Positions 40,601 through 51,170 of a stretch of 64,000 nucleotides of DNA are shown here, piece by piece (positions within the stretch are counted from its first letter, which is position 1; the number at the start of each line of letters is the position of its first letter). Source of the stretch: Marsupella aquatica (taxonomy: Eukaryota; Plantae; Marchantiophyta); the NCBI GenBank assembly GCA_973895155.1, contig OZ316896.1:11918830-11982829 (forward strand), given 5' to 3'. The notes under the pieces were generated by a model. The model did not search any database. It was not told the origin of the DNA and saw only the letters and a list, made by a program, of their open reading frames with translations. A program made the position numbers and the translations under genes.

Positions 40601-42890
40601 ACTGGCAGTGTAACTATTTACCAAAAACACAGGTCTCCACAAAGTTGTAACACAAATGCATTCGTGTCACAAGCTTGTAAAAGATGTCCTCCAAAAAATG
40701 AGGTACAAACTTACTGGATTTTACTCCTGATGACCCTCAAGTGTGGATGATACCCTTCTTCTTATGGTCAAAGGCCATTACCTCTAACAATGAAGCTTTT
40801 GAGATGCCCTAATGGCCCCCTATGTCTCCATCGTAAGCCCAGGTAAGTTGAAAATTACTTGATTGATCCACTTGTTCTCTCCGAGGTCTAGCAGTGTTCT
40901 TAGTGATGGAGATTCACCATATTCCATCTCACTGAAAAGTTTTTGCCAGGCAAAAACTTGGCTTTTGTTTTCCTGTGTCCTAATTTCCTTACAGGAGTTC
41001 GAGCACTGTTTCTGAAAGGTGGAGATTTATGGGTATGATGATCGAAGGGCTGCTAAACAATATGAATTATGTGTACATGGGGAATTGCGTGGTTTGGAAT
41101 GGGGGTGAAATTTTGGTGGGTTGCAGCCCATGTGTTTGTGTGGGACTAATACTTGAATTGTATTCCAACCTTTGGCAACAGACTTTTAAGCTCTCTTGGT
41201 AAGGTTTTGGATGAAATGTAAGCAAATAGGGATGACACTACATCAGTTTCAATATCAAAATTTTCTGCTACCAGATACACAGTCTGTGGCTTCACTAAAT
41301 GGAGTAGGTCATGGACGATGGACTTCAATTACAAATCACAGCATTAAATTCTCTATATTCTCAAATGTTAAAAATACTCACATCATTGGTTTCACTTGCA
41401 CAATTAAAATAGGAGTTTAATTGCACAACCTTCTGCACAACTAGCCTATGAAATTCAAGAAGTGTTTTATTAAGGATAAACTTTAGGGTGTTCTGAGAAT
41501 GGAAGCCACATGGACCTCTCTGGTTGTCAAAATGCTCAGATAGACTTTTGCAACCTGTCTGTACTGTAGCTTTAAAACCCTATTTTTCTGCTTATCCCTT
41601 ACGTAAAAGATCATTCCAACCTTTCCTAACAAACCCCAAATCAATCCAATTCCAAGTGGATATCTATGGAGATACCAGATGTCAGAACCTTTTGGAAATG
41701 CAAAGGGTGGATAGTGAGTCGTGGAGTAATGTTTATGAACTCATAGCTCTCTACATTCTTGATGCAAACTATAGATAGTAGATTTGTGTAAAGGATCTTA
41801 CCAAGCCGCTTCTCACAAGAAGAGCCAATTCTGTTGGATATCAAGGGAGATATTGAAAACCAAACTTTGATATCGAAAATGATTTGGAAAATGAGAAGGG
41901 CTGTCAATGAGTGAAGGGTGAAGAAGGTGTCACAGTCCTTGGGGGTTGCATGGTTCATAGACTCTGAGCATGGGAGCATCACTTTTGGTGTTCTGGGAAG
42001 TGGCTGGCCCATGAAAGAAGTAATGACAATTGAGTAGTAGGGACAATCAGGTTTGTGCATGGACCGCTTCAAAGGGGATATTTATCTTTTGAAGTATAGT
42101 GTAAGAGTAATGCCATACTTTCTCTAGATTCTCATTTTTTAGTCGGAAAAATCCAAACGCATCCCAATACATGGAATATTCCTAAAATATGCATTGGAAT
42201 TTTTTTCCACTTTTGCAAACCTTCAAAGACCAAGATGCGCGTAATGCGTGGATAATTCCATCCAACAATCCCTGGAGAGCATGTATTGGTTGGGTAATTA
42301 TAGATAATTGCCAAAGAACAAGAGGAGTCATGCTGGGAGACAAGATCCCAAACCTTGGGTGATTCCCTATGCGTCAAATAGTGAAACTGGGTGCAGCAAG
42401 ACATATGGTAGTTTGAAGTTCTTGTAAAGAAAACTGAATATTTGTGGAGCAAGCAATTGTTGTCATCTTGGGTCATTTGGCCATTGTTGAAAACAGGCTT
42501 GCAGATATAAGGGGTTGTTGTTGGTGTAGAGTTGTGTGCCATGTGCTAACCAGTTCTATCAGATGTGATTGGGGTTAGGCCACTTACATGGGAGCTTTTG
42601 GTGCAATAGTATTGCAACACGTACTAGGCTTACACCATGCCGGCTATTGGAGTTTTTATTATTTAAACCACAACCTCCACATAAAAGGGACACTTGCTTA
42701 GGTGAACGATATATAGACCTACCATAGAGGCTCTCCCACTCACTTCCCATCATAGGACACTTGCACCTTAAAAAGGTTGCTTGGTGATTTCTTAGAAAAT
42801 ATGATTTAGTTTTAGCTGCATTTGGTTTTGGAACATATATCTTAGGAAGTTCTACCTATTGAGTCCCCTATGGTAATTGTTGGGAACAGT
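37660..42890. mobile_element. Old DNA-transposon-like segment bounded by diverged ~170-bp inverted repeats
   Basis: 37775-37820 (gggtcctgtgattggaagtgagtgggagagcc) is the reverse complement of 42720-42760, with similarity extending outward. Related fragments at 37900-38100, ~43990 and 54240-54450. No intact ORF. Confidence 0.4.
38211..38589. repeat. ~190-bp diverged tandem duplication
   Basis: 38211-38399 versus 38408-38589 (tagggtcc...ccagttgtggata...caaccaatgagaaggaggg...gtgaccaccagttga). Confidence 0.85.
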
Positions 42891-44875
42891 TGGCTTAGGC
42901 TAGACAGCAAATGCGTAACATGAGAGGACATTTGATACTATACTACATCAACAAGGCACGAGGAGCGAAGAACTCCTAAAAGACCCATAGCATATGAGAA
43001 TACATATAAAGAATGAGAGAGAAAATGCTCTTCTACAACCTATACCCTCCCAGGGAGGTTGAGATATGTGTACCTAAACTAAGTGTATCTTGTACTAATC
43101 TAACCAAGGCTTGACTAACCCTCATAAGACAAAACTAACTAAAATAGAGAACTTAATTGAGTTAATTTCTAAGAGTAATTAATGAGATGACACTAATATT
43201 CAAAGATTCTCAAAAATACATATGCTCTTTTGCATGTACACAATTGTACTATATGTGAAATGAAATCTTTGGGTTACACGGAGTACTTCATAGCGGAAGT
43301 TGTGGTTTAAAGGAAAGGGAATTAGGGAAACCAAGCAAGAGTGACATGGACTGCCAACTGGACCTCTAACTCAGGGCAGTGTTGCCACACAAGCCAATAC
43401 ATGTAACTAAAATTTAATATACCAAGGTGCTTTAGACTTTTTGAAGTACATACTCTCTCATCTCTTTTGAACATGGCAAGTGTCTCTTTTACTAGTTCCT
43501 ATTGCATCCATAAATGCCTTGGTCTACCTACTAGCCTTCAATCTAACTACTATAGATCCTTGCAATTGAAAGCTACTCGCAAGTCCTACCGTCTAGAGTA
43601 AGTCCTCCAGACTGCAACTCTGGGGCATAAGTGAAGGTGGGGTCAGGCAGAAAAATGGATTGGAGGCAAGACTTGAGGCTAATCTACACTGTAATTTGCT
43701 ACGGGTCATGAGCTGTAATTTCTTTGCAACAATAATTTTTAATGTTTACACTGCTCGTGAGTGAGGATGGGCATTTGAAATCTGGTAACAGAACATTTCG
43801 AAAGTTATTCTATGCTTGTGAGTAGGGATGGGCACAAGAAGTCTTTGCATATGCATGGGTATTCGGGCTAGTGGGTGGAATTGTCACTATAATTAGTACT
43901 CATAGGTAGGAGTCAACATTGTTTTAATGTTTTTTGGGGAGTCCATAAGAATCACAGGGAGTTTCCTCCACTAGGATATGTCCCATCATCTGCACCTTAA
44001 AAATGTTGCTGATTAGTAGGTATCTACTTTACAGTTGTGATTTTGTCTACCCTTGAACGAGTATATTCCAAACAAAAAATTCAGAGGATTTCCTCGTGAC
44101 TGTCATTTTGAGTGGAGAGCCAAAAAGCTACAATGAAACATTCGCTTTTGGGACTTAAAAAATTAAAAAGGCTGTACTGTTGGTCTCTTTATGGAAAAAT
44201 AAATTAAAAAGCTGCACTCCTGATCTCTTTATGGACTTTATCTTCACTTGTTGGCCCCTTTATTGTGATAACAAATGACTTCTTTCTCTCTTTTTAGGGA
44301 AAGCTCTTTTTCAGAACCCAAGTTCCCAGATGATGCTGGATAGGTTGGTGAAACTAACATGAAATGTCTTGATACATTGTTTTTGCTCAAGTAACAGCTT
44401 TCCTTTGTATAAATGCTTTGCAGATTTAGGTGTGGGTCCATCTGAATTCAGAAATTAAGCACAGTGGTCTATCCAAGCATCAACTTAGTTTCTCTACACG
44501 AAACATATATCCTTGCATGATGTCAAAAGTCATGACCTATGGGAGTGTTGGCTTTTGAAAGAAACTTCAGTATCAGAGGAGCCATTTTGTATCTATCAAT
44601 AAAGGAGCCTGTCACTTTTGCTAGATTTTTGGTGCTTGCATTTGCCCTCTTTATTTGTGTTTGGTGTTGTTCTCTCTGGATCTCTTTTTGGTTTTACTCC
44701 AATTTACTTGGCTTGGCCCGTTTTTGTAAATTAGTCCTTTTTGGAAACCAACTTCCCAAAACAGATAAAAAATCTAGAAATTAAGGGGGAATATGCACAT
44801 ACTTTTTACAGAAAAAGGCCAAAAAGAGTACAAAAGAATAAACAAGAGAGGTCCCAAGTGGACAAAACCAAACGC

Positions 44876-44970
44876 AAAAGAAGTGAGCAAAAGAAAACCC
44901 TAAAAACCAAGAAAGAGGAACTAAAAGAAGTGAGCAAAAGGAAACCCCTAAAAACCAAGAAAGAGGAACT
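44876..44970. repeat. 47/48-bp tandem duplication in the CRE 3'UTR
   Basis: aaaagaagtgagcaaaag..aaccc(c)taaaaaccaagaaagaggaact occurs twice. Confidence 0.85.
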
Positions 44971-45026
44971 AAAACTACCGCAAATGGACCGAGGTCCTCA
45001 TCATACCTAGCAAAAGTGGCAACAAG

Positions 45027-46989
45027 CTAGTGGTCTACATCAAGTGTCGAAACTAGATCGGCAAGTGGGACAGGAATGTCCTCGAGGGGGGCTAGCCGCT
45101 GCGGAGTCACACTAGCACCCACTGTCAGAGATCGACGATAGACGGCCCGAGCTTGAGCACGCTGTAAGGTGACTGAAATGCGTTGGTGAAAGTGCGTGGT
45201 CAAAACAGATAGCGGGGGCCCGGTGGGACCCATCTGGCCGTGAACATCCCGAGCAGCTTGGCGAAGAAGCCCGTCGAACTGATGATGGAGACGCCCAAAT
45301 ATCTCAAGAGCAAGGGGCGGGAAGCTATCAGATGAAGCTCATGCAGCATATTTGGCCTCCTTCGTTGTTGCTGCTCGTGATGTTGCTGCCCCTGCCGTTG
45401 TTGTCGCTGTCCCAATGATGTCTTGGCGCAATGGGTTTGCCACCACTACATCTGCCAAAGTACGGTGACCATCACGGACCATGGTAAGATCCACCCGTAA
45501 CCGCTATGATGGAGGACCAGGTAACTCGAGCACCACCTCCCGCCGCGCGCAGACCAAAGAGCCAGAGAGAACCTGAGCAGTTGCATCTCTCACAGCGTCG
45601 TGAACAAAAATGGTTTCGCCGCCCAAACTGCATCGAAGAAGATGGACACCTGTGGCATCACAAGGCTTCCCACAAGTGCAAGTAGGAGGTAAACCAACAA
45701 GAAGTGGGTGGGGCAAGCTCATACAAAGACGCATGGCTGTCGCAAACTCCGCTGAAGACATCCGCAGGTGAGGAATGACTGGATTGGCCTGAAGCCAGCC
45801 TCCTGCACCCTTCCCTTTGGAAGAAAGAATCCGAGCTCGGTCCGTGTCAGGTGCCTCGGTGAGGATGCTGGAAAGGGTGAAAGCGTGTATACGCCCAGCA
45901 AGGTCTGCCTGAAGACGGACGGGGTCCAAGGATAAAAACTCCTGGAATGAAGGTAACGCAGCTCGAACAGGATCGGGTAATGACGACCGCGCCGTGCGCA
46001 AATGAACCTGAAATGGGAGGGAACCCTCCTCAACCTCCATGAGAGATGAAAGTAAAAAAGGTCGATCCTCAGTAAGGAAACGATCTGCCAACAATGAGAA
46101 GGCGGCCGCCCACGCGCCCAAGAAGGCCAAAGGTGCAAGGCGCTCAGTGGAAGTAAGCCCAAAACCATCATGAGAAATAGGAAGACTGAGCTGTCGATGA
46201 AGCCACGGAGATGAGAGTAAAGTACCTGGCCCTAAAAGAGAGGCCAAAGTCTCACGAATGGAGACATCAAACGCTCGGAGGTGTAGATAAAGATCCTTGG
46301 TAGGGGGATGTGTCCGAGCCAAATAGGACGCACGAGGGTGGATGCATCTCAACAACAACCCAAATGCTGCCTGAGAGTCTGCTAACTTAGGGAGCATAGG
46401 AGTAGGGGCTAAGGTAGCCTGGAGAGCGTCAGCAATGAAAGAGGAGCAAAAGGAGGCGGTACTGACTGGGGAGCCAAGACCCGAAGACCGTCGGCAGGAC
46501 GTAAGAACCCAGGGGGAAGCGCAAGATCAGAGGGTAACCCAGCTGGACTCCATGCACGACTCTTCACCGGCTGAACTCGTAAACCGAGGCCCAACAAATT
46601 GGTGGAAAGCGTGGCGAGGGCAGAAGTAACAGCAACAGGTGGACCAATTATGTGGGTGTCATCTAAAAGGGAGGGGAAGATACACTGGGGGTGGGCCGCG
46701 GAGGCTTCTCGTAAAGCAGTAAAATGGGCAATGGCAAAAAGAGGCCCACCCAAAGGGTCACCCTGACGTGTACCTTCTGCAGAAGAAAGAGTGGTATACA
46801 CTCCTGTAGAGGTGTGATGACTATAGAAGAGGGGGGCCTCGAACCCATAAAAACAACGGACAAAGGGGATAAGGGACTGGATGTCTGGATCCGCTGCCCT
46901 CAAAGCACGAAAAATTGCTGCCCGAGAAACCGTATTGAAAGCATTGGAGACATCAACCTGGAGGACAACCCAATCAGGGTGGAGGTCCA
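45027..46989 (-). pseudogene. CRE ORF, 3' part (RT C-terminal half, thumb, Zn knuckle, RLE)
   Basis: ORFs 46409-47056, 45504-46397 and 45027-45233 join across one frameshift (~46400) and two in-frame stops (45504, ~45339). Confidence 0.85.
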
Positions 46990-47156
46990 TGTTGAGCATA
47001 GACGACGATCGCAACGGCAAGCCCATGAACCATCCAACGCACAATAGTCGACACAAGAGATACGTGGTTCACCTCCTTGAGGCTACGTCCACGGGAACAC
47101 ACAAGAGAACTTTACTGAACTCTAAGCCCGTCGGCTATACCGAGTCTCCACAGTGT
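46990..47156 (-). repeat. Terminal U5 fragment of the LTR (167 bp), same orientation as the internal LTR
   Basis: Matches 48898-49064 with one mismatch seen (47109). Confidence 0.95.
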
Positions 47157-47742
47157 TTTCCAAGTCAACGACCATGTCGTTGAAAGCATCCACATGGTCT
47201 TGCAACTTCGTACCAGATTCCTTCATCCTGAAACTCATCAGTTTGTAGGAAGTGTAGAGCCGGTTCGACAACTCCTTGCGGTGATACTTGCTCTGCAATT
47301 CCGCAAACAAGGACATGCAATCCTTATGTGCACCTAACTGCTTGATGATGGGAGGCATGAGATAGAGTGTAACACACCACACTCCCTGCTCCTGCATGCG
47401 GTCCCATTGTTTCTCATCAACATCGTCTTCACGAGGGCTCAGCAGTTGGCCCATCCCTGACGCATAAAGCACTCCCTTCACTTGCTTCTCCCATAGCAAG
47501 TAGTCAGAGCGCCCATCATACTTTGTCACTTCATACTTGGGTCCCCCAAGCTTGAAAGTCCCCATCTTCTTCTTTACCGTGAGCTCCGGTAGTAGTACTG
47601 CTTCCTCCACCACACGCCGCACCGGTGATGGTATCGGTGTCATGTGCTCTTCCTCCTGCTCCTCTCTCTGCCCCTGAAACCTCCGCGGTGATCCTCGTGC
47701 TTCAAGTTCCACGTCTTCGAAAAACTCCTCCGAATCACTCAT
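47157..47742 (-). pseudogene. Copia gag, N-terminal part, truncated by the U5 junction
   Basis: KYEVTKYDGRSDYLLW...NRLY..YKLMSFRMKESG..LQDHVDAFNDMVVDLEN (Tnt1/Tork-like gag). Confidence 0.9.
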
Positions 47743-48883
47743 ATGAGAAAGTCACAAAAAATGTTGTTTTTCACAACTTCTCAAAAAACTCGAAACTCAA
47801 CACCGCCGCGTAGCCCACAAAGCTAGGAGTCCAATACTGAAAACCAAAATCAAAATCGAAATTTGACGGAAAAGTTATTCAAATTTCGGTCGAGGTGGGT
47901 AAAACCTTGGGAAACTCCCCCGTTTTGACCACCTCAGGGAATAACCGAAATACCAAGTACAACCCGTTGTCGGAATTGCGATGTGATTGGTGCGCTGCAT
48001 TGCCAACTTCAATGGCTACGACCTCGCCGAAAAATAACCAAAAAAGTTACCGTTCGGCGGATGAAATCTTTGTCGGACGGTCAAAAAATAGCTCTCTGGT
48101 TTTTTGGAATATTCTATGACCCTTGTACAGGCCCTGTGGGAATTTTGGAAGAACAATCGAGGGGCTGACATGTGTCCTCGAACCCCCAAAACCCCCTACC
48201 ACCCTTCGTCGTCGAAATCTGGTCGCGCGCGCAGAAAATACACACGGCAGAATGTACCCCTCAACACCAAACGCAAGATATCTCACTCGGGTTTTGACGA
48301 AATCAAGATCCGATTTCAGATTTGGAAACTAGACTCCGAGGCGATGAAGATCGATATAAGAAGCACCCAAAACGAGGAAAGAACGAGGGAGAAAAAAATT
48401 GGTAAAGATGACAGATTTCTCTCAATTGCCATAGCCAATTTCGAATCAGTTTTTTCAAAGAGAAAAAAATGGTACCTTGTCAACAACGAATGTTGATCAA
48501 TTGCACTTGGTGCCGTCACCAAGTCCAACAAGGTAATTGATTTTGCTTAGCCTTCCTCTTTGCATCAAAGAGCCAATCCCGGACTCAAAAACAATCGTCT
48601 TGCCTCAATCTCTCCGTTGAGTCAAAACACTTGACGCTTCTCCCTCCGAGTCGATTGCCAACTTTCTTCACAAAATCCAGAACGACGAAAACTTAGATCT
48701 CTCTGCACCACGAGCTCCGTTCAACGATTTCTTCACACCGTTAGAAAGCTCTTGCCCTGATCTATCCGTTGAGCCCATAAACTCCAAGTTCCATGCGATG
48801 GAACTCTGGAAAATCCACCAACACTCAACGCTGGAAAAACCGTCATGAAATCCCGTCACGAACACACGTCACCTCCCAAGCAT

Positions 48884-48895
48884 GCTCTGATACCA
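48884..48895 (-). other. Primer binding site (initiator tRNA-Met)
   Basis: Minus strand reads TGGTATCAGAGC, 2 nt after the LTR end CAACA. Confidence 0.95.
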
Positions 48896-48897
48896 AT

Positions 48898-49507
48898 TGT
48901 TGAGCATAGACGACGATCGCAACGGCAAGCCCATGAACCATCCAACGCACAATAGTCGACACAAGAGATACGTGGTTCACCTCCTTGAGGCTACGTCCAC
49001 GGGAACACACAAGAGAGCTTTACTGAACTCTAAGCCCGTCGGCTATACCGAGTCTCCACAGTGTAAGCTCTCCCTATCTCTCAAGTGGCTCCATAACAAT
49101 GAGCCTTGGTTCTACCTCTCCAAGCACACATGCCTCTTATGATATAGTGTGCAACTTAGTTGTACCTAACCACATAGTTGTACCTAACCACATAGTTGTA
49201 CCTAATCACGTAGTTGTACCTAACCACATAGTTGTACCTAATCACGTAGTTGTACCTAACCACATAGTTGTACCTAATCACATAGTTGTACCTAACCACG
49301 TAGTTGTACCAACCCACGTTGTTGTACCAACCACGTCATACCTAACCTAGACGCCTAACCACATAGTTGTACCTAATCACGTAGTTGTACCTAACCACAT
49401 AGTTGTACCTAATCACATAGTTGTACCTAACCACGTAGTTGTACCAACCCACGTTGTTGTACCAACCACGTCATACCTAACCTAGACGTAAGAGTAAATA
49501 CCCAACA
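48898..49507 (-). repeat. Single complete copia LTR (610 bp, TGTTG...CAACA)
   Basis: PBS on one side, PPT on the other, with 5-bp terminal inverted repeats. Confidence 0.95.
49157..49488. repeat. 18-bp tandem array in U3 with a 135-bp higher-order duplication
   Basis: (tagttgtacctaa(c/t)cac(a/g))n; 49219-49353 is identical to 49354-49488. Confidence 0.95.
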
Positions 49508-49518
49508 ATCTTCCCCTT
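49508..49518 (-). other. Polypurine tract
   Basis: Minus strand AAGGGGAAGAT directly precedes the LTR start TGTTGGG. Confidence 0.9.
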
Positions 49519-49698
49519 GACTCTGGTCTAGGGGAGAGTAATACTGCCAATGTATATGATCCCTCAGCGGGAAGTTCTGGACAGAAACCAAACCGGTTTC
49601 CCTCTCTAACTAGAGCAAACCAGAACTAAGCCGTAGCCTAATACATAGGAATGAGGAAGAGCATATATCAGTAATTACAATGAATGTTTAAGAAAACT

Positions 49699-51068
49699 CT
49701 ACTTGTGATGCAATTGCAAAACCTGCAATACGTCACGGTGTCTAGAGAAACTCTCCAAAGGAATCACTTTGGTAAATGCGTCAGCCGGGTTGAGTTTACC
49801 ATCAATCTTGACTAGCTCAAACAAATTATCAGACACAGCCTGCCTGATAAAATGGTACCTGACGTCAATGTGCTTCACTCTGCTGTCCATCACCTGGTTC
49901 ACAGCAAGGTGGAGCGCACTTTGACTATCACAATGGAGCTTCACATTCCCCTGTGGCAATCCCATTTCAGTGATAAGTCTATCCAACCAAATCGCTTCCT
50001 TTGCTGCTTCCGCAGCTGCAACATACTCCGCTTCTGTAGTAGACTGAGCAATACACTTCTGCAAAGTAGACCTCCAACTTATGCATCCACCGCCAAGTGT
50101 GAACACGTATCCTGTTGTTGATCTCCTTCGGTCCAAATCTTGTCCATAGTCAGAATCTACATAGCCAATCAATGATCTAGCATTCTTTGCATTCGCATCA
50201 AATAAAAGACCATGATCCACGGTACCCTTCAAGTACCTGATAATCCACTTCACTGCTTCCCAGTGTACCTTCCCTGGATTCGACATGTACCTGCTCACCT
50301 TGCCCATAGCCATGGCAAGATCAGGTCTAGTGCAAGTCATCAAATACATGAGACTCCCCACTGCCTTGTCATATGGAACCTTTGACATCAACCCCTTCTC
50401 TGTGTCATCCGTAGGACAGAATGCTGATGATAACTTGAAGTGTGGAGCCAACGGGGTACTTACTGGCTTGCTATTCTCCATGTTGAACCTTGCAATTACC
50501 TTCCTCGCATAACTGCTCTGCGTCAACCATAGCTTGCCAGCCTCCAAGTCCCTAGTGATCTCCATACCCAAAATCCTCTTAGCTGGCCCTAAGTCCTTCA
50601 TCTTAAACTCTGCACTAAGCAGTGCCTTGAGCTTAACAATCTCAGACCTATCCTTGGCTGCAATTAGCATGTCATCCACATAAAGTACTAAAACAATGAA
50701 CCCAAAGACAACATTCTTCACCGGTTTCAAATACACACAAGGGTCAAATACACTTCTGTGAAAACCTTGTGACCGAATCCAATCGTCAAACCGCTTGTTC
50801 CACTGTCTTGGTGACTGCTTCAACCCATACAAGGATTTCAGCAATCTGCAAACCAATTCCTCCTGTCCTCTCTTCACAAAACCTAGCGGTTGTCTCATGA
50901 AGATCACCTCTTCCAATGTGCCATAGAGGAAAGCTGTGACAACATCCATCTGATCTAGGAGCAGACCAAACATTACAACAAGTACACACAATAGTCGTAT
51001 TGTAGAGTACTTAGCAACTGGTGAGAAGACCTCATTGTAATCCACACCTTTCTCTTGTGTGAATCCCT
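49699..51068 (-). CDS. Copia pol C-terminal part: reverse transcriptase + RNase H (open frame)
   Basis: KGFTQEKGVDYNEVFSPV, QMDVVTAFLYG, LYGLKQSPRQW, LYVDDML, TRPDL, GYVDSDYG, STTEAEY, HCDSQSA, KHIDVRYHF, NPADAFTK. Confidence 0.95.
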
Positions 51069-51170
51069 TGGACGTAGCCTCAAGGAGGTGAACCACGTAT
51101 CTCTTGTGTCGACTATTGTGCGTTGGATGGTTCATGGGCTTGCCGTTGCGATCGTCGTCTATGCTCAACA
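51069..51170 (+). repeat. Inverted terminal U5 fragment of the LTR (102 bp)
   Basis: Exact reverse complement of 48898-48999. Confidence 0.95.

Larger units (their letters stand above)
46990..51170 (-). mobile_element. Rearranged Ty1/copia LTR retrotransposon derivative (4181 bp) with inverted U5 termini and GTCCA TSD
   Basis: GTCCA at 46985-46989 and 51171-51175; both ends read 5'-TGTTGAGCATAGACG inward; interior order on the minus strand is RT-RNaseH, PPT, LTR, PBS, gag. Confidence 0.92.

Noticed and set aside
49157-49488. CRISPR-like array, or the repetitive ORF VVPNH(I/V)
   Set aside because: Units are contiguous with no unique spacers and lie inside an LTR in a eukaryotic genome; the ORF is a by-product of the 18-bp period.
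46990-51170. Ordinary full-length, nested or solo-LTR copia, or a DNA transposon with TIRs
   Set aside because: Domain order is permuted, protease and integrase are missing, the 'TIRs' are unequal U5 fragments, and there is no transposase.
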